Of a stretch of DNA of 64,000 nucleotides, positions 34,464 to 43,547 are shown in pieces; within the stretch, counting starts at the first letter, position 1, and the number at the start of each line of letters is the position of its first letter. The notes beneath the pieces were generated by a model that was not told where the DNA came from, ran no database searches, and was given only the letters and a program-made list of their open reading frames with translations. A program made the position numbers and the translations under genes. Source of the DNA: Thermodesulfobacteriota bacterium (GTDB lineage: Bacteria > Desulfobacterota_D > UBA1144 > Nemesobacterales > Mycalebacteriaceae); NCBI GenBank assembly GCA_965205855.1, contig OZ242184.1, forward strand, positions 886,570 to 950,569. Reading direction: 5' to 3'.

Positions 34464-35471
34464 TTACGGGTTTATCACAACCTTTCCGAACTGACTTGAA
34501 TTCTCAAGCGCCAGATGCGCCTCGGCAAGTTGCGCCAGAGGGAGAGTTCTGTCTATGACGGGAGACAGAATTCCCTCTGCCGCCATGTCAACCGTATCCT
34601 GCAAAACGCTTTGCGGAGAGTTAAAAACCGTTACGCCAATAATGGAAATATCCCTCATAATCACGGGGCCGAGGGAAAATTTCTCAACAAGCCCTCCTCC
34701 TACAACACCCACAAGAACAAGCCGTCCTCCGGGTTTGAGTATCTTTATGTTTTTCTCCCAGTAAGACGCGCCGACAGAGTCAAAAATCAGGTCAACCCCG
34801 CCTTTGATTTCTTTGGAAAAATCGGATTTTTTGTAGTTGAAAACTTCATCCGCGCCGAGGGTTTTTGCTTTTTCAAGTTTCTCATCGCTGCCCGCCGTCG
34901 CTATGATTTTCGCGCCGAGATGTTTTGCGAACTGTATCGCAGCAGTTCCCGTTCCGCTGCCTGCGGCGTGCACGACAACCGTTTCGCCCTTTTTCAGCCC
35001 GCCCCTGTTTACAAGCCCATAAACGGCTGTCACATAACAGATGGGAAGCGCAGACGCATCATCATGGGAAAGATTGTCCGGAATTTTGCACACATTCACG
35101 GCGGGAACTTTCACATACTCCGCAAAACCTCCCTGCCGGTTCGCGCCTATGATGCCCGTTCCTCTCTCCCCCGCGATTGCCGGATTCACAACCACCCGGT
35201 CTCCCGTGCCGAGGCTTCCGCCTGCCTTGTTTCCAACCTCTTCTATTACGCCCGAAATATCTATCCCGCCGATATGAGGAAGGTCAACGGGGCGAGGGGA
35301 TTTGCCAGATCTTAATCTGGTGTCCAGTGAGTTCATTGCGCATGACTTAACCCTGATTAAAACCTCGTCAGAAGAGATGGAAGGAGTTTTAATATCCTCG
35401 TATTTTATTACTCCAGCGTTTCCCAATTCGTGATATATACCCGCTTTCATTTTTTTCTCCCATACCGTCAA
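34464..35471 (-). CDS. qor: NADPH:quinone oxidoreductase / zinc-type alcohol dehydrogenase superfamily (MDR)
   Basis: GroES-like N-domain and Rossmann motif AAGSGTGTAAIQ. Quinone-reductase-like, with no catalytic zinc ligands. Confidence 0.8.
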   Translation of the reverse strand: MTVWEKKMKAGIYHELGNAGVIKYEDIKTPSISSDEVLIRVKSCAMNSLDTRLRSGKSPRPVDLPHIGGIDISGVIEEVGNKAGGSLGTGDRVVVNPAIAGERGTGIIGANRQGGFAEYVKVPAVNVCKIPDNLSHDDASALPICYVTAVYGLVNRGGLKKGETVVVHAAGSGTGTAAIQFAKHLGAKIIATAGSDEKLEKAKTLGADEVFNYKKSDFSKEIKGGVDLIFDSVGASYWEKNIKILKPGGRLVLVGVVGGGLVEKFSLGPVIMRDISIIGVTVFNSPQSVLQDTVDMAAEGILSPVIDRTLPLAQLAEAHLALENSSQFGKVVINP

Positions 35472-35526
35472 ATTTTCCTGTAACTATATATCCGGTCACG
35501 GATTTTGTGCAAAGCGACTGAGAAAA

Positions 35527-36480
35527 TCAACCCTTCGGTTTTCTTCCGAGAGACCAAAGCGTTTCCGCGACACTTGTCTGTAAAGCCCACAAGTCGTAGC
35601 CGCCTTCAAGCATAAAAGCCGCTCCGCAACCACACAGTTCACGGGCAAGGGATTGAACCTCGGACGCGATGGCTCCGAAACACTCGCTTGAAACATTCAT
35701 ACCGGCAAGAGGGTCCGCCCTGTGTGCGTCAAAACCAGCCGATACGAGAATGACATCGGGTTTATACGCGCGCGCCGCAGCCGCGAGTTCATTTTGAAAT
35801 ACGCTCATATAAGAATCGTCTGACTGTCCCGCGGCGAGGGGTATGTTCAAAGTGGCTCCCCTGCCATCTCCGCTTCCGGTTTCCTCTGAGCTTCCGGTGC
35901 CGGGAAAAGCCGGATGCTGGTGGACTGAAAAATAGAAAACATCGCCTCTGCCGTAAAAACTGTTCTGAGTTCCGTTGCCATGATGAACATCCCAGTCAAC
36001 TATCATTACGCGGCCCGCGCCACACTCTCTGAGCGCGAACTCCGCCGCGACAGCGATATTATTGAAAAGACAAAACCCCATCGCACGGTCACGCTCGGCA
36101 TGGTGTCCCGGAGGGCGGCAAAAAGCGAACGCGCTTTCCCTTCCGCCTTTGATAACTGTCTCACACGCGCAAATTGCCGCCCCCGCCGAAAGCGCCGCGG
36201 CTCGCCATGTTTCTCCCCCCGCGCCGGTGTCGGGGTCAAGCTGAAAAAAGGGTTTTCCGTCCGTTTTTTCAATCGTTTCCACATACCTTTCATCATGAAT
36301 CCATGCCAGTTGAGCGGGGGTCGCGGCTCTCAATTGCATACGTTCAACAAAAGGCGACACGCTTGCCAAGTTCAAAAGGGAGTCAATCGCGGTTATTCTG
36401 TCAGGGCTTTCGGGATGCGCGGGACCGTTTTGATGCCCTTTACAAATATCAGAATCAATAAAAACAGCAGTTTGTGTCAT
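35527..36480 (-). CDS. histone deacetylase / acetoin-utilisation (AcuC) family amidohydrolase
   Basis: HDAC fold motifs (HPESPDR, DWDVHHGNGTQ, GGYDL). Start set at MTQTAVF. The ORF-track extension of 38 codons overlaps the rpmE promoter region. Confidence 0.8.
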   Translation of the reverse strand: MTQTAVFIDSDICKGHQNGPAHPESPDRITAIDSLLNLASVSPFVERMQLRAATPAQLAWIHDERYVETIEKTDGKPFFQLDPDTGAGGETWRAAALSAGAAICACETVIKGGRESAFAFCRPPGHHAERDRAMGFCLFNNIAVAAEFALRECGAGRVMIVDWDVHHGNGTQNSFYGRGDVFYFSVHQHPAFPGTGSSEETGSGDGRGATLNIPLAAGQSDDSYMSVFQNELAAAARAYKPDVILVSAGFDAHRADPLAGMNVSSECFGAIASEVQSLARELCGCGAAFMLEGGYDLWALQTSVAETLWSLGRKPKG

Positions 36481-36576
36481 AGTGCTGAAAAGACTAACAT
36501 AAGATAACAAAGAGCGCTTCTTTACAAAGAAGCGCTCTTTGTTATAATTAATTCTTCTAAAGCGGGAAAGCGTAAG

Positions 36577-36825
36577 ATGAAAAAAGACATTCACCCAGAA
36601 TATAAACCGGTGGTTTTCAGGGATCCTTCAACGGATTTTATGATACTTACAAAGTCCACAAAGACCTCGAACGAAACAATAGAGTGGGAAAACGGCGAGA
36701 CCTATCCGGTTGTGAATGTCGAGATATCAAGTAGCTCCCATCCTTTTTTCTCTGGCAAAGAGCAGCAGTTTTCAAAAGAAAGCCGCGTGGAAAAATTCCG
36801 CAAAAAATACGGCTCGGCAGAGTAA
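36577..36825 (+). CDS. rpmE: 50S ribosomal protein L31
   Basis: [10 protein letters not shown]-terminus. 82 aa, non-zinc (type B-like) L31. Confidence 0.85.
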   Translation: MKKDIHPEYKPVVFRDPSTDFMILTKSTKTSNETIEWENGETYPVVNVEISSSSHPFFSGKEQQFSKESRVEKFRKKYGSAE

Positions 36826-36830
36826 CCGCG

Positions 36831-37346
36831 TTATACCGCTTCGGACTCTTTCAGGTATCTGGCGACATCCTCCTGAATTGACTCGTCAACCATTTCACGC
36901 CAGTCATTCTCGTTGTTTTTGATTGAATCCCTTATTTTCGTGGCCGATATCCAGCCGATGTTCTCCGGAGGGAAGAACTCATTCATCTCATATCCGACTC
37001 CCCTGCCCCAGTTAACCGATTCAATATCGGGAATCTGTATCACTTCAACATCATCGCCTTTGCTCATATGGTATTTGCGTATCATGTCAATGGTCTGCGC
37101 CGTTGTAAAAGGATTTGTCGGGTCTGGCGGAATGTCTCTGACCATTATCAGGCACGGAACGCCCTTGTCCAGTTTCTGGCGCACAAGACTTATGTGCCCT
37201 TGATGATAGGGCTGATACCTTCCGATGAATATGGCCCTCTTGGACTTTACCGGCTCAATTCCGGTATGCCCGTGATTTGTAAATTTCCATTCAGACATGA
37301 TCTTCCTTCTTCGCCAGTTTTCGAATTCTGCTGGTGATTCAGACAT
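36831..37346 (-). CDS. cytidylyltransferase-like nucleotidyltransferase (NMN/NaMN adenylyltransferase-like HxGH family)
   Basis: GRYQPYHQGH is the (T/H)xGH nucleotidyltransferase motif, seen in archaeal-type NMNAT (GRFQPFHKGH). An alternative in-frame ATG 16 codons downstream (37298) is created by a tandem duplication of the initiation region. Confidence 0.7.
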   Translation of the reverse strand: MSESPAEFENWRRRKIMSEWKFTNHGHTGIEPVKSKRAIFIGRYQPYHQGHISLVRQKLDKGVPCLIMVRDIPPDPTNPFTTAQTIDMIRKYHMSKGDDVEVIQIPDIESVNWGRGVGYEMNEFFPPENIGWISATKIRDSIKNNENDWREMVDESIQEDVARYLKESEAV

Positions 37347-37410
37347 GATGTTTCTCCTTTGTCAGTTTGTTATTTTGGAAACCCATTCTACTGGTAATTC
37401 AGACAAGTTT
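37298..37410 (-). repeat. about 2.3 tandem copies of a 48-57-bp unit spanning the GATase stop and the nucleotidyltransferase start
   Basis: Minus strand reads TTGTCTGAATTACCAGTAGAATGG...AAGGAGAAACATC, then ATGTCTGAATCACCAGCAGAATTCG...GAAGGAAGATC, then ATGTCTGAATGGAAATTT. Each copy carries its own SD-like AGGA(G/A) and start. Confidence 0.55.
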
Positions 37411-38100
37411 CAAAAAAGCGCCGAATACGGACTCCGCGAGTTTGTTAATTCCGTCCGGATAAATCTCCGCGCCCCGCTCAATCTCTTCAATATCAAGACC
37501 GGAGTTTTCAATCTCCAGCCTGTTATCGTTTCTCTCAAGCCATTGCCGCACAATCTTTTCATCCGTCTCAAGGTGGAACTGAAGCGCATACGCCCTGTCG
37601 CCGTATCTGAACGCCTGATTTGGAAAATCATCCGAGAACGCAAGGTTGACCGCTCCAGCGGGCGTTTCAAAACCGTCTCCGTGCCACTGAAAAACCTTTT
37701 CGCTTTGCGAGAAAAGTGAAAATACGGGGTCGGATGCGGCAGAGGGTGCCGCGCTGACATCATACCACCCAATCTCTTTCGAACCACCCGCCCTGACCTT
37801 CGCGCCGAGCGCGGCCGCCATTATCTGCGCTCCGAGACATATTCCAATCACTGGCCTGCCACTTTTGATAAATTCACGCACAAACCGTATCTCCCGCGCG
37901 AGATACGGATACCTGTCGTTTTGATAAACGTTCATCGGTCCGCCCATTATGGCAAGAACGGAAAAGTCGTCCGCATTTGCCGGAGCGGACTCCCCGTCAC
38001 CGAAGTTCACCGTGACGATATCAAAACCGCGTTTGTCCATCAACTTTCCGAGCAGACCCGGAGATTCGTGGCTTACATGCTGAAAAACAAGCGCTTTCAT
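37399..38100 (-). CDS. type 1 glutamine amidotransferase (GATase1) family protein
   Basis: Catalytic triad context GICLGAQ (Cys), with His/Glu downstream. Stand-alone GATase domain of 233 aa. Confidence 0.8.
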   Translation of the reverse strand: MKALVFQHVSHESPGLLGKLMDKRGFDIVTVNFGDGESAPANADDFSVLAIMGGPMNVYQNDRYPYLAREIRFVREFIKSGRPVIGICLGAQIMAAALGAKVRAGGSKEIGWYDVSAAPSAASDPVFSLFSQSEKVFQWHGDGFETPAGAVNLAFSDDFPNQAFRYGDRAYALQFHLETDEKIVRQWLERNDNRLEIENSGLDIEEIERGAEIYPDGINKLAESVFGAFLKLV

Positions 38101-38378
38101 TTTATTTTTTTGTTAATATGCCCGAGGCTCTTTTCTGGCACGACACGGTCTCTCACAAGAGACTTGAGTTCTGCGGCAGATGGAAAACCGCCCTGTTCCC
38201 GCCTTGACCACACAAGATATTTTCCGACAAAGATTCTGAAAACCCCGCCGGAGGAAGGTGCAAGCGCAAAATCGCCTATCTCATCGTCAAAGGTGGAAAA
38301 CAACTCCTGCGCCATCCAGCCCGCTCTGAGAAGCCAGCCGCACCGGACACAATACTCTATTCTTATCTTTACGGGCAC
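38097..38378 (-). CDS. Rdx family protein (SelT/SelW/SelH-like thioredoxin-fold redox protein)
   Basis: N-terminal CxxC (CVRCGW) in a beta-alpha-beta unit, which is typical of the Rdx/SelW family. 93 aa. Confidence 0.65.
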   Translation of the reverse strand: MPVKIRIEYCVRCGWLLRAGWMAQELFSTFDDEIGDFALAPSSGGVFRIFVGKYLVWSRREQGGFPSAAELKSLVRDRVVPEKSLGHINKKIK

Positions 38379-38456
38379 AGCGGGCTTAAGATAACCGCGC
38401 GAACTCGTGGCGCAAACGTTTTCGCAATGTGCCTTATCGGGAATGTTCGGGGGAGA

Positions 38457-38532
38457 TGGCTCCGGCGGAGGGATTCGAACCCCCGACCTAGTGGTTAACA
38501 GCCACCCGCTCTGCCAGCTGAGCTACACCGGA
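38457..38532 (-). tRNA. tRNA-Asn (GTT) with encoded CCA
   Basis: Acceptor TCCGGTG/CGCCGGA, anticodon loop CTGTTAA, T-loop TTCGAAT. Coordinates could be off by 1. Confidence 0.85.
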
Positions 38533-38557
38533 ACTGAAGAAGATGTGTTAAATTATA

Positions 38558-39481
38558 TTGCCTATGAAAGACAGTCAAGAAAAACCCGTGTCCGCAACGG
38601 AGCCCGAAGAAAAGCCCAAACCCGCAATCCGGTCTGCGCCGCTTGTTGAAGCCTCGCCTCTGCAGCGCTATGTGTCCGAAATCGCTTCCAACCCCATTTT
38701 ATCAAATGAGGAAGAGCGCGAACTCGCCGTCCTCTACAGGGAAAAGGGAGACATAGAAGCCGCGCGCAAACTTGTCGCTTCAAACCTGAAGTTTGTCGTC
38801 AAAGTCGCCGGAGAATACAAAAACTACAACATCAACATTATGGACATTATTCAGGAGGGGAACCTCGGGCTTATGCACGCGGTCAAAAGATTCGACCCCA
38901 CAAAGGGTTACAGGCTTATCTCATACGCGGTCTGGTGGATAAAAGCATATATTCAGAAACACATAATGGACACATGGAGTCTTGTCAGAATCGGCACCGG
39001 CAGAGAGCAGAGAAAACTTTTCTACAAAGTCCGCTCCGCGAGTAGCGCGGCGGGAAGTGGGGCGGAAAAAAATGACGCCGAAATTGCGAACAGCCTCGGC
39101 GTTTCGGAAAAAAGTTTCTCGGAGATGAAGCGGGTTATGGGCACAAGAGATCTATCTCTTCATTCTCCGGTTCAAAATGAAGCCCAGCAGGCACATGTGG
39201 ATTTTCTGACCGACAGTTCCGAAGGGCCGGAAGCTGGTTTTGAGCGCGAGGAAACAAAGAGAATTATCCATAACCACATAGGGAAAGTTCTCGAAAAACT
39301 CAAAGAAAAAGAGAGGCATATAGTTGAAAACAGGCTACTGACGGAAAACCCCGAAACCCTAGACACAATCGGAAGCAGGCTGGGCATCTCGCGCGAAAGA
39401 GTAAGGCAGATAGAACAAACCGCTCTGAAGAAACTCAGGCGGGAATTCGAAAAATACGGCATCACCGCCCCACTGGACTGA
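38558..39481 (+). CDS. rpoH: RNA polymerase sigma factor, sigma-70 family, RpoH (sigma-32)-like
   Basis: Regions 2 and 4 of sigma-70. Contains the RpoH-box-like QRKLFYKVR (compare QRKLFFNLR). Confidence 0.75.
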   Translation: MPMKDSQEKPVSATEPEEKPKPAIRSAPLVEASPLQRYVSEIASNPILSNEEERELAVLYREKGDIEAARKLVASNLKFVVKVAGEYKNYNINIMDIIQEGNLGLMHAVKRFDPTKGYRLISYAVWWIKAYIQKHIMDTWSLVRIGTGREQRKLFYKVRSASSAAGSGAEKNDAEIANSLGVSEKSFSEMKRVMGTRDLSLHSPVQNEAQQAHVDFLTDSSEGPEAGFEREETKRIIHNHIGKVLEKLKEKERHIVENRLLTENPETLDTIGSRLGISRERVRQIEQTALKKLRREFEKYGITAPLD

Positions 39482-39505
39482 CACCCGCGCACCGGCAGGG
39501 ACACG

Positions 39506-42115
39506 CTAAATTGACTCAACAACACCGGCGGACATTTCAATCGCTTCGGCAACCCCTTCGGGACGGTCTCCGCCCGCCTGCGCGAGCACGGGCTTTCCGC
39601 CTCCTCTGCCGCCAATCAGCGGGGCAATCTCCTTGATGATTTTCCCCGCGTGAAACCTGTCTGAAATATCCTTTGTAACCCCGACAAGGATAAATGCCTT
39701 TCCCTCGCGCACGCCGCCAAGCACCGCGACCCCGCCTTTAATTTTCGCGCGTATCCCGTCCCACAATTCCCTCAACTCTTCGGGGCCGCAGTCCGGAACT
39801 TCGCGTGAAAGAAACCGCGCTCCGTTAATTTCCTTCATGCCGGATATCATCTCACCGGCGCCTTTCATAAGAGCGCTTTTTCTGCGCACACCAGACTCCT
39901 TTTCGAGCTCCGTGTTACGCTCAAGCAGTTTTCCGATTTTTTCCGCAACCGCTCCCGGAGCAACTCCGAGCATCTTTGCGGCGCGCGCAAGAGTCCTTTC
40001 GTTTTCCAGAGCGCGTTTGTACGCCGCCTCATGGCAAACCGCCTCTATTCTTCTCACTCCCGCGCTTGAAGCGGATTGCGAAACTATGCTGAACATTCCC
40101 GCCTCCGCGGAGTTGGCAATATGAGTTCCGCCGCACAGCTCAACGCTGTATCCGCCGATTGAAACCACCCTGACCCTGTCGCCGTATTTCTCCTCAAAAA
40201 TCGCCATTGCCCCCCCTTTCAGCGCCTCTTCGTAAGAAACATCCGCTCTTGTAACAACCTCGTCCGCGCGTCTTATTTTCTCATTCACCATATCTTCAAT
40301 CCCCTTAATGTCTTCGTGGCTCACGGGCGAGTGGTGTGTGAAGTCAAACCGCAATCTGTCCGGGGCGACAAGCGAGCCCGCCTGTGAAACATGGGTTCCG
40401 AGTTTGTCCCTCAAAACGGAGTGCAGTATGTGAGTCGCGGTGTGGTGCGCGCACGCGGCGCGTCTGCAGCTTTTGTCAACTGAAAGGCGCACGGTGTCTC
40501 CGGGGCGAACCGCGCCTTTTTCAATCACGGCGCGGTGGCGGATAATACCCGCGATGGGGCGGGTTGTGTCAATCACTTTCGCAAAAAACCCGTCCCCCTC
40601 AATGGTTCCCGTGTCTCCCGCCTGTCCTCCGGACTGTGCGTAAAAAGGCGTTGAATCGGTAACAATGTCCGCTGTGATGTCAGAATTTGCGAAAAAAACA
40701 ACCTTGCCCGTCCCTTCGGTGGCTTCGTAGCCGGTAAAAGCCGATGAGAAACCCGCGGAAACAAGTTCCGACAAACCCCCGCCGCCGTCTTCGGTGCCTT
40801 TCCACGACCCTTTTGACTGCTCTTTCTGTTTTGCCATCTCTTTGTCAAAACCTTCCCTGTCAACCCCGATATTTTTTTCCCTGAGCACATCCTCGGTCAA
40901 TTCAAGCGGAAAACCGTACGTGTCGTAAAGTTTGAAAGCCACATCGCCGGAAAGTTTTTCACCGCTTGAAAGTTTTTTCACTTCGCTCTCAAGAATCTCA
41001 AGCCCTCTGTCTGCGGTTTCAAGAAAACCCTCCTCTTCTTTCATCACGATTTGAGCCGCAAACTCGGTTTTTTCCACAAGTTCGGGATAGGTTCCGGCAA
41101 GTGTGCCGGAGACCGCGCCGAGGATTTTGAAAAGAAACGGCTCATTTGTGCCGAGGGTTTTCGCATGGCGCGCGGCTCTTCTGATAATTCTTCTAAGAAC
41201 ATAGCCCCTACCTTCGTTTGAGGGAAAAATCCCGTCCGCGATAAGAAACACAGCGGCGCGCGCATGGTCTGCGATAACGCGCATGCCGCTGTCAATCCTG
41301 CCTCCCTTTCCATCTGTGTATTTTATTTGCGAAAGTTCTTCAATCCGCCCGATTACGGGGCGAATCAGGTCGGTTTCGTAGTTTCCGGGCGCTCCCTGTA
41401 TGACCGCCGTTATCCTTTCAAGTCCCATCCCCGTGTCTATGTTCGGAAGAGGAAGGGGTTTTGTCTCGCCGGATTCATTCTGTTCATACTGCATAAAAAC
41501 AAGGTTCCACAACTCAAGGTAGCGGTCGCAGTCGCAGCCCGGCGCGCACTCCGGTTTACCGCATCCGGTTTTTTCGCCCTGGTCTATGAGAATTTCCGAA
41601 CACGGCCCGCACGGCCCCACATCTCCCATAGTCCAGAAGTTGCTTTCGTCTCCCATGCGCAGAATGTGGGATTGCTCAAGCCCCGCTTCTTTGCGCCAGA
41701 TTTCAAACGCTTCGTCATCGTCCTTGTAGACGGTAACCCAGAGTTTATTTTTGGGAAGTCGGAAAACATTTGTCATCAAATCCCATGCGAAATGCACGGC
41801 GTCCTGTTTGAAATAGTCGCCGAATGAAAAATTGCCGAGCATTTCAAAAAATGTGTGATGCCGTGCCGTGTATCCGACATTGTCCAGATCGTTATGTTTT
41901 CCGCCCGCTCTCAAGCATTTCTGCGACGAGACCGCGCGTTTGCTGGCGGGAGGCTGTTCGAGTCCGAGAAAGATGTTTTTGAACGGAACCATCCCCGAAT
42001 TGGTAAAAAGAAGAGTCGGGTCTTGCACGGGGATAACGGGTGCGCTTCTTACACGCTTGTGGCCGTTTTTTTCAAAGTAAGAAAGAAAAGTTTCCCTTAT
42101 TTCGTTTCCGGTCAT
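39506..42115 (-). CDS. alaS: alanine--tRNA ligase
   Basis: 869 aa. Class II core, HxxxH/CxxxH editing domain, C-terminal DHHA1. Confidence 0.92.
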   Translation of the reverse strand: MTGNEIRETFLSYFEKNGHKRVRSAPVIPVQDPTLLFTNSGMVPFKNIFLGLEQPPASKRAVSSQKCLRAGGKHNDLDNVGYTARHHTFFEMLGNFSFGDYFKQDAVHFAWDLMTNVFRLPKNKLWVTVYKDDDEAFEIWRKEAGLEQSHILRMGDESNFWTMGDVGPCGPCSEILIDQGEKTGCGKPECAPGCDCDRYLELWNLVFMQYEQNESGETKPLPLPNIDTGMGLERITAVIQGAPGNYETDLIRPVIGRIEELSQIKYTDGKGGRIDSGMRVIADHARAAVFLIADGIFPSNEGRGYVLRRIIRRAARHAKTLGTNEPFLFKILGAVSGTLAGTYPELVEKTEFAAQIVMKEEEGFLETADRGLEILESEVKKLSSGEKLSGDVAFKLYDTYGFPLELTEDVLREKNIGVDREGFDKEMAKQKEQSKGSWKGTEDGGGGLSELVSAGFSSAFTGYEATEGTGKVVFFANSDITADIVTDSTPFYAQSGGQAGDTGTIEGDGFFAKVIDTTRPIAGIIRHRAVIEKGAVRPGDTVRLSVDKSCRRAACAHHTATHILHSVLRDKLGTHVSQAGSLVAPDRLRFDFTHHSPVSHEDIKGIEDMVNEKIRRADEVVTRADVSYEEALKGGAMAIFEEKYGDRVRVVSIGGYSVELCGGTHIANSAEAGMFSIVSQSASSAGVRRIEAVCHEAAYKRALENERTLARAAKMLGVAPGAVAEKIGKLLERNTELEKESGVRRKSALMKGAGEMISGMKEINGARFLSREVPDCGPEELRELWDGIRAKIKGGVAVLGGVREGKAFILVGVTKDISDRFHAGKIIKEIAPLIGGRGGGKPVLAQAGGDRPEGVAEAIEMSAGVVESI

Positions 42116-42179
42116 TTAATTGCCGTCCGTGGCGCGACAGAGTGAAGTGGGAAAAGACGCACGCGGGGAATTGAGAAAA

Positions 42180-42434
42180 TCACTCTGCGGGAGAAACGAC
42201 CGAGACGGTGTTTCTTTTTCCTTTGCGGAATTTCACAACTCCGTCTGCAAGAGCAAAAAGCGTCCAGTCCCGTCCGGTTCCGACATTGTCTCCGGCGTGA
42301 AAAGAAGACCCTCTCTGGCGGATGATGATGTTTCCCGCTTTGACGACTTCTCCGCCGAATTTTTTAACGCCGAGCCGTTTGCCCGCCGAATCTCTTCCGT
42401 TTCTTGAACTGCCGCCGCCTTTTTTTGTGGACAT
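42180..42434 (-). CDS. rpmA: 50S ribosomal protein L27
   Basis: [25 protein letters not shown]-terminus. Confidence 0.9.
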   Translation of the reverse strand: MSTKKGGGSSRNGRDSAGKRLGVKKFGGEVVKAGNIIIRQRGSSFHAGDNVGTGRDWTLFALADGVVKFRKGKRNTVSVVSPAE

Positions 42435-42446
42435 TCTCTGTCTCTC

Positions 42447-42764
42447 CTACCCTTTTATACCGGTTATGCGAACCGATGTGTATCTCTGCCGGTGTCCGGC
42501 TTTAAGTCTGTATTTTTTGCGTCTTTTGAATTTAAAAACGGTAATTTTAGGTCCTTTCTTCTGAGAGACGATTTCGCCTTTAACTTCCGCTCCGTCAACA
42601 ACGGGAGTACCCACGCGCGCCTCACCCTCTCCGTCCGAAACCATAAGCACATCGGGAAATCCGATCGTGTCTCCGGGGCTACCCTCGATTTTTTCTATGT
42701 CAAGAACATCTCCGGATTTGACCAAGTACTGTCTGTTTCCTGTTCTTATTACTGCCTGCTGCAT
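42447..42764 (-). CDS. rplU: 50S ribosomal protein L21
   Basis: MQQAVIRTGNRQYLV N-terminus and C-terminal KKYRLKAGHRQ. Confidence 0.9.
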   Translation of the reverse strand: MQQAVIRTGNRQYLVKSGDVLDIEKIEGSPGDTIGFPDVLMVSDGEGEARVGTPVVDGAEVKGEIVSQKKGPKITVFKFKRRKKYRLKAGHRQRYTSVRITGIKG

Positions 42765-42788
42765 AAAGATTGCTCCGCTCTTGGAAGG

Positions 42789-43547
42789 TCAATTATGCCA
42801 CAAAAAGGGATGGAGTGTCAAACTATACGGCGACCGCCTGATAGTCGGGGAGTTCACCCATTGTTTTCCCTCAAGAGCGCGTCCCGTCTTCTTTTTGTTC
42901 ACACCGCCCCATTGTTTGAAGAAAAACGGAACCCCGCTTTCAACGCAGTTGTCCCTGATTTCCGTAACCCATTCCTCTTTCATCGGTCTTGCGCCGGGGC
43001 CGGACTCTCCACCGACAATGACCCAGTCTATGCCTGACAAATTGAGGTTTGGAAACGGGGCAAGCAACGGTTCAAGAGAAAGAAACTTCACGCAAGCATC
43101 GGTCTGTTTTAAAACTTCTGTACGGGAAAGATATTTCTCGGACTCTACGCTTGTTCCCATCCAGATGTTGGAAGTCCAGTGCAGGTGTTTGTTCGCCTTC
43201 ACAACCCTTTCCGGTCTTTTTGTGAGAACCTGAAAAGTGTGTTGAGATGCTTCGTTCATAACTTCAAAAACGGACATAATGAATTTTGCGGGAACATCCT
43301 TGTGGAACAAATCGCTCATTGAATTGACAAAAACTATTTTCGGTTTTTTCCATTTAAGCGGGTCTTTCAAAGTGTGTTCATGAGTGGTGAGTTTGAAACC
43401 GTTTCTGTATTTCTCCATCCCTTGAGCGTGAAGCCGCTTTGCCATCCGCTCGGCGTAGCAGTATTTGCAACCGTGGCTGATTTTTGAACAACCGGTAATG
43501 GGGTTCCATGTTGTGTGAGTCCATCCTATTTTGGAGGGTTGGGTCAT
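42789..43547 (-). CDS. phage Gp37/Gp68 family (DUF5131) three-Cys-motif protein
   Basis: N-terminal [26 protein letters not shown] matches the family's GWxxxTWNPxxGC..C..CY signature (C-x6-C-x2-C). The ATG overlaps the res stop (TAATG). Confidence 0.75.
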   Translation of the reverse strand: MTQPSKIGWTHTTWNPITGCSKISHGCKYCYAERMAKRLHAQGMEKYRNGFKLTTHEHTLKDPLKWKKPKIVFVNSMSDLFHKDVPAKFIMSVFEVMNEASQHTFQVLTKRPERVVKANKHLHWTSNIWMGTSVESEKYLSRTEVLKQTDACVKFLSLEPLLAPFPNLNLSGIDWVIVGGESGPGARPMKEEWVTEIRDNCVESGVPFFFKQWGGVNKKKTGRALEGKQWVNSPTIRRSPYSLTLHPFLWHN

